A stretch of 63,981 nucleotides of DNA, filler included, from Pelomyxa schiedti (Eukaryota > Protista > Evosea), in NCBI GenBank assembly GCA_020536535.1. It is 8 parts of 8 records of this genome, joined end to end, with 100 filler letters (N's around TTAATTAATTAA, not from the genome) between each part and the next. Parts side by side here need not be neighbours in the genome. Positions count along the whole stretch, not along the records: positions 25,662 to 52,296 come from JAHLWZ010001038.1; 7 more parts are not named here. The stretch is one strand, 5' to 3'. How positions within the stretch are numbered: position 1 is the stretch's first letter; each line of letters opens with the position of its first letter. Positions 26,293-40,116 of the stretch are shown piece after piece. Both the position numbers and the translations under genes were made by a program. The notes beneath the pieces were generated by a model. The model was given only the letters and a program-made list of their open reading frames with translations, made no database searches and had not been told where the DNA came from.

Positions 26293-26716
26293 CCAAAGAT
26301 CACCCCCCCCTCCTCAACAGCATTGTGGGATTGTATTCTTACCCGAACCAATTGATAGCATTATTTTAGGCACGGCACCCTGCAATTGGCACACTTCAAC
26401 TCCGCTCATCAATCATCCAATTGGGTGTCACTTCAAGGAGAGGCGCGAAAAACCAGCGCCTCTTCGTTCAAAGTTTTCTGTGAACATTGATTGTTACACC
26501 TTTTTCCGCAAATGCCAAATGCCAAGTGCAAAAACCAAAACACCAAAAAACTTGCACGACGCCCCTTGAGCGGAGAGCAGATCTAAAACACAATAAATAA
26601 TAAATAACACGCCGTAGAAGGGATCTGTGGCGCTAGGTGCAGGGCGCAGAGACGTGACCACTGCTTGGTCTTTGTTGGGAAACAGCCAAGATAAACCCCA
26701 AGTAGATGGAGCACGT

Positions 26717-29615
26717 ATGCGGTGGATTGTCAAAGTCAATTGTGGCTACGTGTGGTTACGACTACTCGCTGCCCAGTCTTTTTTTCCAATGTATCGCCGA
26801 AAGTTGGTCAAAGTATGTTTCCGTTGTACGTGCTGCATTTCGAAAAGTTGAATGTATTGATTTTTAACGGTTTTGTTAGGAACATCACTGGTCAAGAAAC
26901 TGTGCTTGATATGGGAAGCGTAACTGACCCTATCATAATGTAGGAGTCCCGAGACCTCTATCATCACTGATATAAAACGCTAGGACGAACACTTTACAGA
27001 CGATAGGTGTGTTCAAGATATCAGGGCCACTGAAGGATGTGATGTACGAGTTTCTCGATTCTAACAGGGAGCTTCTTCTCTGCTCAGGGGTTGTTCTAGT
27101 CCCTGAAACTACTGCTGCTCTCTGTGCATATTACAAACTTCGATCAGAGGGTGAGGGTTCTGAGCTGCCAGTTACAACATTTGCGGGAATATCCCTTGAT
27201 TGGTGTGATGAGCTGAAGAGCTTCAAATCCACATTGATTGGAAAATTCTTTGGGAAGTTCACAGTCAACTTGATGGAGCGAAGTTTCACATTGGAGGTTG
27301 CTCAAACTATTATTACACATTTGCTCCATGTAGCAGAGTTCACCCTCACAACTACATGTACAACCTACCCTGAGCAAGCCGCCATTTCACTTCTTGCTTC
27401 ACACATAGTTGCAAGTTCCACTTTGCAAGTATTGAATCTGTCTGTGTGTGCACTTCAACCAGAGTCAATAAGCCTCATCGCGTCCGCCTTGATGCATAAC
27501 AAAACCCTCCAAGATGTTTGCCTTGATCGCAATCCAATTGGGGACATTGGTGCCACCTACTTGGTCAAAGGCCTGAGTGAAAATAGTAGCCTCAAAAATC
27601 TGTCTCTTTGTTCGTGTTCTATTGGAGAATCTGGTGCTATGCAAATTGCACAACTACTAGAAAAGAGAAATTTGGTTGTATGCCTTGAAGGAAATTCGAT
27701 TGGTCTCAGAGGATTTGAAGCAATTCACCACTTCTCTCTTGTAGACAATCCTATTCATAATGCGCCAATTCGAATTGCTTTAATTGGAGAGGGAGGAGTT
27801 GGCAGTAAATCAGTGTGTATAAATCCTCACTTCTGCAAATTACCAACTACTTTACGAAAAGTCGATGTCTATAAGATATGTTGAGGTACGGACAAAAATT
27901 GGTTCCGTTCTCTCCTTAAATTGTTCTTGTCCCCTGTAGGGTTATTTCACCTCTGATTACTCGCCTACTATAGAAGATACATATACAACAAAGCGCTTGA
28001 TTGACGGCGTACCTGTCACTCTAGATATCAATGACACTGCTGGACAAGAAGAGTGCGCAACTTTTTCCTCCTTATATTACTAATTTATTTGTAGGTTTTC
28101 TTCTCTTAGAGACAGGTTTGTTTCCTTTACATGCAGATGAATACCAACTTTTCTTCCTCCCTTCCTGCTTGAACTTTTGTCGTCTAGATATATAAAAACT
28201 TGCGAAGGTAAACTCTCTTATTTTTACTTATTCTAATTGAACTGGTTTAGTCATCTCTCTGGGGTAGACTGCCTTATTCCCTTTAAGTATGCCAACATTT
28301 TGGCAGATACAGCGTGACTTCACGTGATTCCTTCGAATATATTCAAGCACTTCACAGAACTGTGTTGCATGTTAAAGACACTACTGATTATCCCAAGGTT
28401 CTAGTTGGGGGCAAGTCGGACCTTGAACTTTACAGACAAGTAAGCCGAGAAGAAGGTGAGTCATTGGCACAGGAATTGAATTGCCCCTTTTTTGAGGTAA
28501 CGTTTCAAATAGATTTTTCTCTATGCTTAGAAAGTGTTCACTACGAGAAATGGGGCAACCTTTCTCATATGTCTTGTAAATTTGCAGGTTAGTGCAAAGA
28601 CGGGACATCATATTGAACATGTATTCAGCGAGCTAGCACGGCAAACATTGCACGCAAGGCAGATAAAAAAGTTTGGGCGGCTACGGGACCCAAGACAACC
28701 CACTCTCACATTACAAACAAAGAAGAAGAAAGTATCTCTTCCGAAGCTTCCTCGCGTAAGCCCCCCCATTACTAGTACGAAGACAACCGAGAATACAGAT
28801 CTTGTTGGTAGGGCAATTTCTTTTTGATTTCCATCTCAACTGCGTTTTCAGATTGGAGATCTCAGGCCAAAGGAGTTATCGCTGCTCCACCTGCTATAAC
28901 TGTCAACATAGGAACTTCAGCAGCTCCTGCTGTGCGCCCTTCTCGGTCTTTTACCCTGGCAGTCCAGCGATCCTCAATTTATCCAGTACTCGATACATCC
29001 CCTAGGGCCTCAGTATCCAGGCCACTCACAATCCCTCTGGCACTGAAGACCCCTCTATCAGCACCATCTTCCCCACTAGCCTCTCCCATATTGACACACT
29101 CACACAAGTCACCTATGGAATCTCAGAAGCCTCTTGGGATATCCACTGTGCCCGAGGAAGAGGACTCAATTTTAGAGCTCTCTTTGCCGCCAACTAAAGC
29201 ACCCGCACCCCCAACGGCTTCACCCTCGTCTCCCCTAACACCTCCACAGATCCCAGCCCCGTCGCTCCCTTTCGCGATGGATGCCCATTCTGGGACAACA
29301 ACCGCCTCACTATCTCCACCAGTTGTGCATCACCCACCCAAACTATCACTTGCGCGGTCCAGATCCGCACACAACATATACAAGCAACTTGAAGTTAGGT
29401 CACAGTCATCTTTACTCACCCAAACACTCAAACCAACCAACACACAGACAGAAATACCAGCTGAAACAACAGCTGAAATCACACAAAATACAGAAACAAC
29501 ACCATCCCCAGAAACGCAGCCCAGCAACCAGCCTAATCTGGACTTGGATGCGATATGCCTGGAGTACACCAAACTTTATCAAGACTACACCAGTAGACTG
29601 GCACCGAATTTATGA
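26717..29615 (+). CDS. RI-like LRR + Ras-family GTPase fusion with long Pro/Ser-rich tail (multi-exon; start uncertain)
   Basis: LRRs (TLQVLNLSVC, LQDVCLDRNPIGDIGA, LKNLSLCSCSIGESGA), then IALIGEGGVGSKS, YSPTIED, LDINDTAGQEE, VLVGGKSDL, FFE/VSAKTG. Confidence 0.85.
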
Positions 29616-29706
29616 TACTAATTGTAATAATGTTTGTAAGCCTAGTAAAGGGAATTTTCCTTTGTTATAGAATTCGTCCCCACGTTATTGCACATTGTCT
29701 TGGTTG

Positions 29707-30357
29707 TTAAGATCTATCCTGTATGCACATATCACAAAGGTCATAGTCGCACTGAAGTAAGTATGAAGTGACAGACAGTTAGTGGCCAGTTAATTCATTA
29801 TGAAAAGAGATTAACAGATGCATGTATTAGTATTATTTGAAGAGCTCTACGTATAGGAGGGAATACAGACCTGGTTACAGCGCCACCTCGGGACATTTGT
29901 AGTCTGGCGGAACTGGGTAATTCCTCTGCGGCACCCGCCGGTCCTCTTGAAGCCGTCGCAGCGCCATCCATTGTCCTCGTAGGACCTGGTGAGGGCGTGG
30001 GAGTGCAGCGGGTGGTCTACGGTGTCGGGTACCCCCGCGACTGTGCCGCGGACGCCGGGAGGGGGAGGGGGAGGGGGAGGCGGCGGAGGAGGGGCCGGGG
30101 GGTGGTAGCACCCACCAATGTACGGGGGGGTGGACGAGCGAGGGGGCGGCGGGGCGGACGGAGCGGCGGCCTGGCCGCTGAGCGCCGCTAGCCTCTCGTT
30201 GTATTCCTCTTCCTGTATGAACCCCGAGTCCAACAGGTCCTTGAGTTTCTGTTTGGTTTATGTTATCCTATGTGCTCATAGAATTAACTACGTTGTTGTC
30301 TGTGTGTTGGGGAAAAAAAACCGCCCGTGCCCCTTCAACCTGTCTTTCACCGGACAT
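29707..30357 (-). CDS. Small SHOCT-like + polyproline + ZZ/C1-like zinc-finger protein (3 exons)
   Basis: MSGERQVEGARA / KLKDLLDSGFIQEEEYNERLAAL, polyPro, HSHALT..WRCDG..GGC..WRCNQ / CDYDLCDMCIQDRS*. Confidence 0.75.
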
Positions 30358-30462
30358 GCTTTTTTTTTTTTTAAATTTTAAAATCGTTTCTTCGTTCTGC
30401 ATCTTTTCTTTTGTTTATTTACTGGAAGGGTGATGAGGCTTTTTGGGGATTAAGTTAGTATC

Positions 30463-32989
30463 TCAGTCTTTGTGGTCTACAGGGGGAGAGTCCTCAAGGA
30501 GTGGTCCTTCTGGAGTGTCATCTTGGTACTGAACGGGTGCAGAGGGAAGTGCCTCGAGGGAGTTGAAGCATGCATAGACCGGCTGATAGACTATTTCCAT
30601 CTCGGGGTCATCCTTTTCCTTAGGTTTGCCTGGGCTTGGACTGGAGCCGTTGTTTACAATGATGGCCCCTGTGATGTTGTTGGTAGTGTCACGGGGCGAA
30701 TGCGTTGGTGCCGGTGTGGTTGTCCCAGTAGTACCGCTTGATGCAGTTGAAGCTGCAGTATCTGGTGTAGAAGGGGATGGCGTGGGTGTGCTGGTGGTTG
30801 GCGTGGGGGACATTGCAGAAATGGGGGCTGAAGGTGTGGTTGAAGTGGTTGATGTGGGTGTTGTGGGTGTTGTGGTGGGGGTAGGTTGGTTGTAGAATGT
30901 GTAGGTCTGACCGGAGAAGGGGTTTGGGCCAAGTAATGATGCTTGGGACGGCTGTGGTAAGGGTTGCTGTGGTTGGGAAGGCTGTGGTTGTGAGAGTGAG
31001 GGGTTTGGATAGAGCTGTGGTTGAGACAGTTGGGGCTGGAGAGGCGACGGTTGGGACTGCGGTGATGACATCTGAGGATAGAGTAGTGGCTGTGACTGCT
31101 GGGGCTGGAGCTGAGGCTGTGATGGCTGTGATGGAAGAGGGGGGTACTGAGGCATGGGAAGCGGTCCTGATGAATTCAACTGCGCCTGGGACGTACGGAA
31201 TTGTGCTTGCTGCATCATCATGGCCATCATCTGTTGCTGTTGCTGTGGGGTCAATGGTTGGCCAGAGGGTGGTTGCATATTTGGAGGCATCTGACCTGGA
31301 CCCGGTGGAAACATTTGACTGGGTGGCATTTGACCTGGTGGAGGCAACTGTCCCGGGGGCATCTGCCCAGGAGGGAACATTTGTCCAGGAGGTGGCATTT
31401 GGCCAGGAGGTACCTGACCAGGTGGAAACATCTGACCGGGTGGAGGCATCTGCCCGGGAGGCAAGGTCATTTGCCCAGGTGGTGGGTATGCTCCTGGCGG
31501 CATTGTACCGTAAGGCGGATACTGTGGATATGGAGGATAAGGATATTGAGGTTGGGCATTTGGATATCCATTTGGCGGGAGTTGTTGGGGATTAGGTTGT
31601 GCTCTTGGGGGATACATGATAACTTGAGAGGAACTCATCTGAGATTGGGAGGGTAATACCATTGGTGCACTTGGAGTAGGAGATGATGCAACAACGTAGA
31701 CCGCTGTTGATGAACCAATAGGTGGAGGGGTAGCAACCACTTTGGGTGCTTTGTCTGATGGAAGGATTAGGGCAAGAAAATAAATTCCTAAAATCATTAC
31801 TGGTTGTAGTTCCAATAACAATCTCATGTCTCGTGAAGAAATCTGAAGACCCCTTCATGATAGCTTTTATGTGCAAACAGTAACCAACAGTTATAAGCTT
31901 CCCCGTATGGCTTGGTATATTAGGAGGGCAAGGGGGGATCTTTATGTTGACCTATTCATAGCTTAGGTAAGGAGCGGGAAGATAGGAAGGAAACATCAAA
32001 ATCTGAGGTTTGATCCTCATGAACAGAGGTCAAGATAGTCTCAGAAGTAAGATTGCCCCACCTAATGAGGGTTTTACCGTGTGCTCCAGTGTATTTGACT
32101 TCTTGTTGTAAGGTGACTATGACTTTACTGACAAGTTTCCTTTGGGTGATCATCAGTAAAACAAGTGTAGGTTTCGGGTTCAAATACTTTGTTCGGTTTT
32201 CCACGGTTACTGTAAGAGGTACGGCCTCTCCAGGGCAAAACGCACTTCTTGGAGATTTCCAATCCAACGTAACTTTCGTTGGATTGATCCAGCCTATTTT
32301 GTTTTCCAATTTGCCAGTCAAAGGTCGCGAAACACTGACATCAGCAACAGGGCACAGAGTGAATGGATGTACAGTCTGATATTGGTCAGTGCATCAAAGA
32401 GTAGACATTTTGAACGACCTTGTAATCACTTTTCCAATTCCTGCGGATTACAGCAACTATGGTATACCTCACAAAACCCAAGGCTCCGTCAAAGGAAGCA
32501 GGAAAATCGTGCCCAGTCGTGTCAAACTTAAAATCGTAAACAACTTCATTATCCGCTTCGACGTTAGCCTATTGGCCAACAGAGAAAAAGACCCTTGTCA
32601 GTAGAGGAAGAGGAAAAAAGACTGCCATACTTCCTTTTTTCCATGTGGAGGAACCCAACAATTCCAGGCAACATCGCAAATTGGTTCTCTCCTGCTCCCG
32701 AGGTATTTATTCACCTCCGAGGGATGATTTGCAGTCAAATTGGTAACCACAACGCCCCTGAAATAAACATGAACGCCCTTAGACTAGAAAAAGATTAGAT
32801 GATGCCCATATGGCCTTCTCCCATAACACTACAGAAGATACAAAGTTGCATTATAATGCACATATGGATGTAGGCACAAACCAAAATGGGCTTATGCAAG
32901 TGCATCACAAGTTGTCCCGTTATTGGAGAGCCAACAAAGTACAAGTTTTGAGGCAGCTTAATATGAAACGCTCGAACGCTTCCCGACAT
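30463..32989 (-). CDS. Arrestin-domain (alpha-arrestin-like) protein with long Pro/Gln/Tyr-rich tail
   Basis: YFVGSPITGQLVMHL, FPASFDG, AFCPGEAVPLTVTVENRT, IPPCPP..GKLITVGYCLHIKA..IVIGT, then a tail of about 400 low-complexity residues. Confidence 0.8.
31290..31500 (-). repeat. Coding tandem repeat PPGQM[F/P] (15-18 nt units)
   Basis: About 10 imperfect PPGQ(M/V/L) units in ORF 30463..31827. Confidence 0.85.
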
Positions 32990-33381
32990 CGTCGTTGATA
33001 CGCTTTTTTTGTTTTCGTTGGTTGTTTGTTGTTTTTTTTTTTTTGTTTTTTTTGGTTTCGGTGGTTGAGACTTAGTGGGTACAAAAAAACAACAAAATGC
33101 ACTTGGACCTGACACCAGATTTGGGGAGGGGAGGGGAATCCAGATGTAATCAAAGGTGGAACGAACGACAGTTGGTTTGAATAAGGGACTGACCATTGAT
33201 TGGGAACTGTCCTTTTAAGAGAATGGAGTGAAGACTCAACCGGTTTCAATTGTAACCGGACATTAGGTGATATTCTCTCACATTGACTACAAGAGGTGGC
33301 TACATTCCACCCCTATATTTTATGGTGTGTTGTGTAGGAGAGGATGGAGTGAAGTGTACAGTGGTTGTGAGTGGTGGGGGG

Positions 33382-36300
33382 CTAGTAGCTTATGAGTTTA
33401 CCCCAGGCGTGGACAGAGGAGTGGTTGGATACAGAGGAAGCGGAGTGCGGGCGAGCTTGTGCCATCTCGGCAATGATTGGGTGCCGGTTCTGGCTGTTGG
33501 GTGGGGGTGGTTTGTACAGAAATGCGTTCACTTTGTAGCCGCCTTTGATCTCCACTTCGCCGCGGGGCTGTAAGGGGAATTCTGACCCAAGAAGTCGAGC
33601 TGTGTTCTCAGTGACTTGCACAGCATCGGGCACGCCACTGCTTTCCATTCTGGAAGCCATATTGACTGACGGACTCTGAGAAAGTTGAGCCGGGCAGAGG
33701 TAAATCAATTTTGACTGCATACCCATATATCATACATGACTTTTGATAAACCAATAACTCCAGCTACAACCGGGCCAGAGTTAATACCGATCCTCACATG
33801 GATATCAGTTTTCTTTGACTTGTTGAAATCATCTAGAGAATATAGCATCTCTGTAGCGAATCGGAGAAGGGTTTGAGCATGATTTTCATCTGGCTCTGGG
33901 CATCCGCAGACACACATGTAGCAATCGCCGATTGTCTACAACATTTTGTTAACAGGAACAATCCCCAGTAAATGCATACTTTAATCTTTTCTACGTGAAA
34001 CGAAAGGGCAATTACATCCCAGATAGACACTATTCCATTTAAGATTTCTACAAGATTTTCAGCATCTATTGTTGTACTCCATTCACTAAACTTGACGATA
34101 TCCGCGAACAATATAGACACCTTGACCAGGAATTTCAGTGCAAATATAAAAAAGTGAAGGATAACCTGGGGGTGCCTGTCAGCTATAAGCAGTGGTTGAG
34201 TTTTGTCTTTTGCCGAAGCTATGGAAGATTTGAGACGTTGCGCAATACTTTTAGGTAGCATTTTCAAGAGCAAATTTTCGTTCTGCTCAAGGAGTTTTTG
34301 GTAACCCCTGTTGGATTAAGTTTTCAAGGTATAATCATGATAGGTACGCCTACCTTATCTCTCTTACATCCCTTACAATCAAAATGGCAACCGTGCCACC
34401 TGATAATTAGATAAGGATCACTTTTTCCTGTTGTTTTTTTTTTTTTACTTTCAAGAGCGGCAGTAGATTTCGAGATGAGAACGGGAAATTGAACTCCTTC
34501 TTTAGAAATTCCAACTGCCTCTGTGTTCTTTTCGCTTACATGTGTCTATGGGTCTGAGAAATAAAAGAAAAGTCTGGAATGGAATACCTTTTGGTTTTCT
34601 AACCAGTCCTTACAAATCAACCGCGCAAGGTGCGAACCTACAATTTCACCAGATGTCCATCTAAAAATGTGAGCCTTTCAAACCAATAAGCAAGAAACAG
34701 TACCCAAACATTGTTTCTGCGGCAGTGTTGAATGTTTGGATGTTTAGAGTCTCGAAATCAACAATAATAACAGCATCTGCAGCTGCTTGAATCAGTCGTT
34801 CCGTTTTAGTTTGTGTGTCCTTCAACATTTTTTGCATTTGCTCTGTCGTGTCCGTTTTTTCCCCTGTCTCCAAGAAATGCTTTATCTGAGGAGTACTCTC
34901 GATCACATCAACGGGTATGAGTAGAAACATCCGGAGGGTGTGGAAATGTTGTTGATGTATTTGCTTCAGGGGAATATGAAGGAGAGCATAGACAATGGCA
35001 GCAAATGGCCATGCGGTTGCAAACAAGGCTGTCAAAATGGATTCGTATCGTTCTATTTGCGAGATGAAGTAATCCAATAGCATTGACTCTAGCTTAATAT
35101 GCCAAGGCCAGAGCCCACGTTCATCAACTCTGTCCATTGTGAGCCACTGAGGGCAAGAAACAGTAGCATCTTTGTCTGGGATATTCTGTTTCATGTTAAG
35201 GAACCAGTGTCTCTATATTGTAGAAGAAAGGTGAACTAACGTTGATAGCTACGGCGGCTGAGATGAAGATGTTATCAATTTCCTTCCCGTGTTAGAGCAG
35301 GTTTATTGAGTGGTTGCATACATCAAGTCCCTCACAGTGGGACAGAACAATATCAGAACAGTCATCATAGAGTAATAGCTCTCTGAGAGCTTTATCTGTT
35401 ATCTCTACGTGCCAGGTTCGTGTTATGCCACTTGAAATGTTTTGTGCTTCGTCATAAGATTGCAGGCCACTTCTGAGGTATTGGTGGAGACCATTCATGT
35501 CGTTAAACGTAATAAAATCTCTATTGATGAGTGAGGCGGCAGCGGTGTGTATTCGCTGAAGTGTGGATCGCTCCAGTATCCTTTCTGAAGTTACATCCTA
35601 GATAAGAATAAAACGAAGTACCTGGAACTTGTTAAGTCCAGTGGACCAGAGAATTGACGAAGAGAAGAAATTGAAAAAGCAGAGATAGCTACAATGAAAA
35701 GAACTAAAACGCAGACACCGACTGTAAATCTGCAACATGTGTTTAAAAAAAAAAAAGTAGGAAATTAGGTAACCTGATGGTAACGTCACTGACGAATTTA
35801 ATCTTAATGGAGTTGACCTGGTGTTTTGACATTTCGGCGGTATTTAGAGAGTCACCAGAAGTGATTGATGAAAAAGAGGCATTGTTCGTAAAGCCTGCAT
35901 TGGAACGTTGGTATCAATACTTGAAAATGCGTAAGTTGTACCTTGTTTTTTTTCTGTGCATGTTTCATATATTTGTCGCACGGTTGTTCGAGAAAGGCAC
36001 AAAAATAATCTCAGTACTTCCAGTCGCTCCTACCAGAGTTTGGTTTCTTTCTTATGAAACTGGTTTTTTACTTACTTTGCGAATCAATATAATCGATCGA
36101 ATGAAAAGACCTGCGACACAGGCAACCACAATCACTACAGTGACTGGGAGCAGAACTGACAATAGTAATCGCGAGGAACGCATTTGAGAGAGAACAGATT
36201 CCTAAATTACAGTCAGATTTTGAGAGTGGTACTTGGGTACTTGCCCTATAGGCCAGAGTAAGTTGTTCAAGAGCAGGTCTGATGACAGAATAACCATTAT

Positions 36301-39300
36301 CCTTGGGGAAGTTGGTGGAAATAATTTCTCTATTGGACATACAAGCATAAACCGAAGATTAGGATCTGATTGAAAAGAGCTTGGGTCACTATGATTATGA
36401 GCAGAGGTAGCCAGATCAGAAGCTCTCCTGCTATACTCTTCCAGAAGATAAGATAAGCTAACAATCATCGAGCTGCGGGTATGGGTTGCTTCGTCCCAAG
36501 TTGATATGTTGTGCACTTTCCCAGTCCATAGCGTGAAGTCAACCGCTTTGCCCTTTGCTGCATCAATGTCTGTCTGGTATAAGTGATATTTCACAATAGA
36601 TACACCTACAGAGCGTTCTATCCAGTTCTTGAAAGATGTCTGCTGCCGACAAGAGCTCTGGCATTGCATTGGAGTTGTTGTAGCTTGGATAAAGCAGCCC
36701 CATGGTCTGCTTTTCCACCAAGTAGTTCAAATGTGGTACGAATCTTCTAATATTACAGAAGGACCAAACTGGCTTTTACATACGAAGTCAAATTGGCCGT
36801 GTATGAAGTTTCTTTATATGCATATATAAACCCACTAACAAACATTAACAATGAAGAATTAAAACAAGGCGTACCTCAAAGCCCAACGAGAGATGGCATA
36901 TGTAATTGTAGTATTTACCAGTATAACTGCAGAAATTAGAAAGGTCTGGGAATACAGTGGGAGTACCTCCAAGAACAGTAAAAATGGACAAATACAACTG
37001 TCTACGAAAAATAAGTGCAAATTGAAATGTGACGTGTAGAATACTTGAAAACAGAACTTTCCAGAGTGGCAACCCGCTCTTTGTACCACTGAATTTTTTG
37101 GGAATCCTGCGAGCGTTTGTGCAGTGATTGCTTCTGTGCTGCAAGTTGAGCCTGTGGATTGGATGGAGGTGTAACCGAACGTTCTTTTTCAAAACTGAAT
37201 TCAGGTAAAAGTTGTTTGGACACTTACTGTCACTGTTCTTGAACTTAACAGTTGTGAGACCACTCTCACCAAATGACTCTGGAGCTATTTGATTATGTCT
37301 AAAAGGTTTACGATGCTTATGATGCTTTGTCTATTTGGTATAAGAAACTGGGCCCAAAAGGTAAAAAACCTAACTGTATTTTCCTCCAATGAGTCCGCAG
37401 CAGCATACATAATTTGTGCTTGATGAGGGTCATTTTTTATCTTTTTTTTGTTTTTGGTTTTTTTTTTTCCCTTTGGATGAAATTGAGATACCTGATCTAA
37501 AAACAAGGCATACTGACGGAGAACCCGTGAGGATTTTGGGAACTTTTTCTTCAATCGTTCATAGATCTCTGTAGCACTTTTTTCGGCGCTGTCAAGGGTA
37601 GCCACATGTTCAGGTAAGCTTCCAATATTTCGAATAAGTAGTTGCTGAAAGGGGTAAACTTCAGTACAAGAAATTTAATAGAAAACCTGCCAAAATTGGC
37701 ACAATGCATCTTGAGCTTTTTTGTGATTTTTCTCAGCCTGTCTGAAGCCCTTTCATTTTGTTTATTTTTCAAAAGAAAGCTGATGGAAGAAGTACAAATT
37801 CAATTTCCTCATTTCCGCCATCAAATGCCCTTGTTTTTTCTCTCCTATACTCCTCCAGGCGAATGATCAATAATTTTGTGTCAGGCCACTGATTGTCATG
37901 ACTCTGGGCACGTTGAATATGTATTGCCACCGTTTGAAGTTCTTCAGATTGCTGGAGCAAAAACAGAGAAAAAAGCTGTTTTCCATAAAACAGGCAAGGT
38001 AAAAACCAGGTGACGTTAGGGACAGAAAAAATTACAATTTCTGGATTCGGTCCCGGGTGGGTTTCAATAAAGGAAAAGAGTATGCGTGTCATATTATCGA
38101 CAGTGTCCCTTGTTGTACTGGTCTAAAACAGACTTAGTCTCAGAAAGGAAAGACACAAATAGGTACGTTGGTGGTAAGATCCCAGTATAGGTGGAAAGCT
38201 ACCATATGCACAGAACGCAAGGACTTCGAAATTTGGGTTACAAGACTCTGGTTATCGGTTGTCTCATTATCAAATAGAATTTTGCTCAGGTTTCTGGAAG
38301 AGCATTACTCTTACTGCACACAAAAAAGGAGTATGCCTTTTTAGAGAGATGTTAGTCCAATGAAAGAAGGCCATTCCACCTAAGCAGCTTAACACAGGCA
38401 CCAGAACTGCTGAACAAATAACAGCAATTAGGATATCTCTGGCATTTTCAGGAAAAACCTGCATTGAAAATGAGGAGTCGTTAAAGAATATTGGAGATAC
38501 CGATTGGAAAAAAGCTATTGCTGATGATGTTAATACAGCACTAAAGCCCCCTATCTTTAGATAGTTTGCCCACCACTTGTAATACGGCGCATAATACAAG
38601 GTATATAGAATACAACAAGCACACCCAAGCACAATTATGGAAGCGACCTGAAGGATGTCATTACTCCAAGGAGAAAAAAAAAAGAATTCTTACAATTCCT
38701 TGGCAAACAGTTACGCTAATCACTGGATACCTGAGGTATCGGGAAAAGCATGAGGCTAGGGCTACCTTCAGTTCTTTAGAAATATAAGTGCATTGGGCAG
38801 AAAAACAAACAGTTATAAATTGAATAATTTCAACTCGAGATAGAAATCGAGCCAGGGGATGCTTTGATGATATGTGGCAATCATACTGAGAGGACGTGCT
38901 TAAGAACGCAATGACAGTCCCAATAATCAAGAGGAGTCCCATTATAATAGATTGTGAAATCTGAGTTAGTTTTAGAAGGAAAACTTGAAGAGTAGCACAT
39001 TACCATGGATCCTGAGCTGCAAGAATAATCCATCCCCTCGGGAGCTATACTACTGCATACGAACACTGCTAACGTTGTATAAGCCAGAGGTGCATATAAT
39101 ACCGTAGAAAAAAGTTCAACCTATGTGTGATAGTCAATACATTCGTATTCTTTTTGGAGCACTTTGCATTTATTTTTATATGAATTGTATAGAAGGGAAA
39201 AAGTTGGAGCATTACTTCCAGATGCAATAGTGAGGCGAATTTTCCTTCATACTGGAAATTTGTTTTATATTTGAATACAACAAAAACCCCCAGGAGGCAC

Positions 39301-40116
39301 AGGGAAAGCAGATAGACCGTAAAAACAATTTCAAGTACCAAAATGGATGCTATGTGTTCTAAGGAAAGCTACTTTCGTGCAAACAACATACTATAATTGT
39401 AGTTGACTCCAAGAGTGCGAGGAAAAGATACAACTTTGAGGAATGTCTTCCAACTTGAGTTAAGGCTCAACCATCCTAATGTAGGGTCCAAAGTGAAGCT
39501 CAGCATCTAAATAAACAGTAAACAAATAGGCAAGCAAAACCCACGATACCTGTATAAACTGTATGATACACAAAGGCACGGAAATGTGAGAACTACTCTT
39601 TGAGCACGCCATCTGGCACCAATGAGTAAGGCCTGTCTTGAGTCTTCTGACCATCAACTCACTGATGCCGAATGTGGAGGAACTAGAAGATGAAGAAGAT
39701 CCCGAGGAACCTGACGAAGCCAGAGAATTAGACAAACTGACAGGAGCCGACGCCGACGTGTTAATTGAGACGCCGTCTTCGTCGTCCGTGTCGTCCCCCT
39801 CGTGCACAGAGGGGGGAATAGCCATGGTGCTCGCCTCTTCAGTGTCAGTGTCTCTGTCGTTGTAGTAGTCGGTGTCATCACCGTTGATCGTGTTCGAAAG
39901 TCCTTTCGGCGTTGTCGTTCCTGAGACGCGGCCAGCACTTGCCCAGCCTTCTGTGGCTTTTGGTTTTGTTCTCATAGCCAGAGAGCCTGCCCTTGGTCTC
40001 AAGACGCCCATACTGCTATGGTGTGATTCGTGGTGTCTTGTACTCCCAGGCTCAGTGTGGGGTGTATTGGTGGTCGTGTTTCCGGTACGCAAGTCGAGAT
40101 CTCCGCGACTGGCCAT
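33382..40116 (-). CDS. Large multi-pass membrane nucleotidyl cyclase (TM region, TmcB/C-like TPR, PAS, C-terminal class III cyclase)
   Basis: Many hydrophobic exons; YERLKKKFPKSSRVLRQYALFL (TmcB/C-type TPR); PAS LIQAAADAVIIVD..FNTAAETMFG; LLKMLPKSIAQRLK; VSILFADIVKF, VEKIK/TIGDCYM, RIGINSGPVVAGVIG, YDIW/SPSVNMASRMES. Confidence 0.88.

Noticed and set aside
9100-40100. Alternative genetic code or stop readthrough to explain broken ORFs
   Set aside because: The breaks I checked are resolved by short GT-AG introns.
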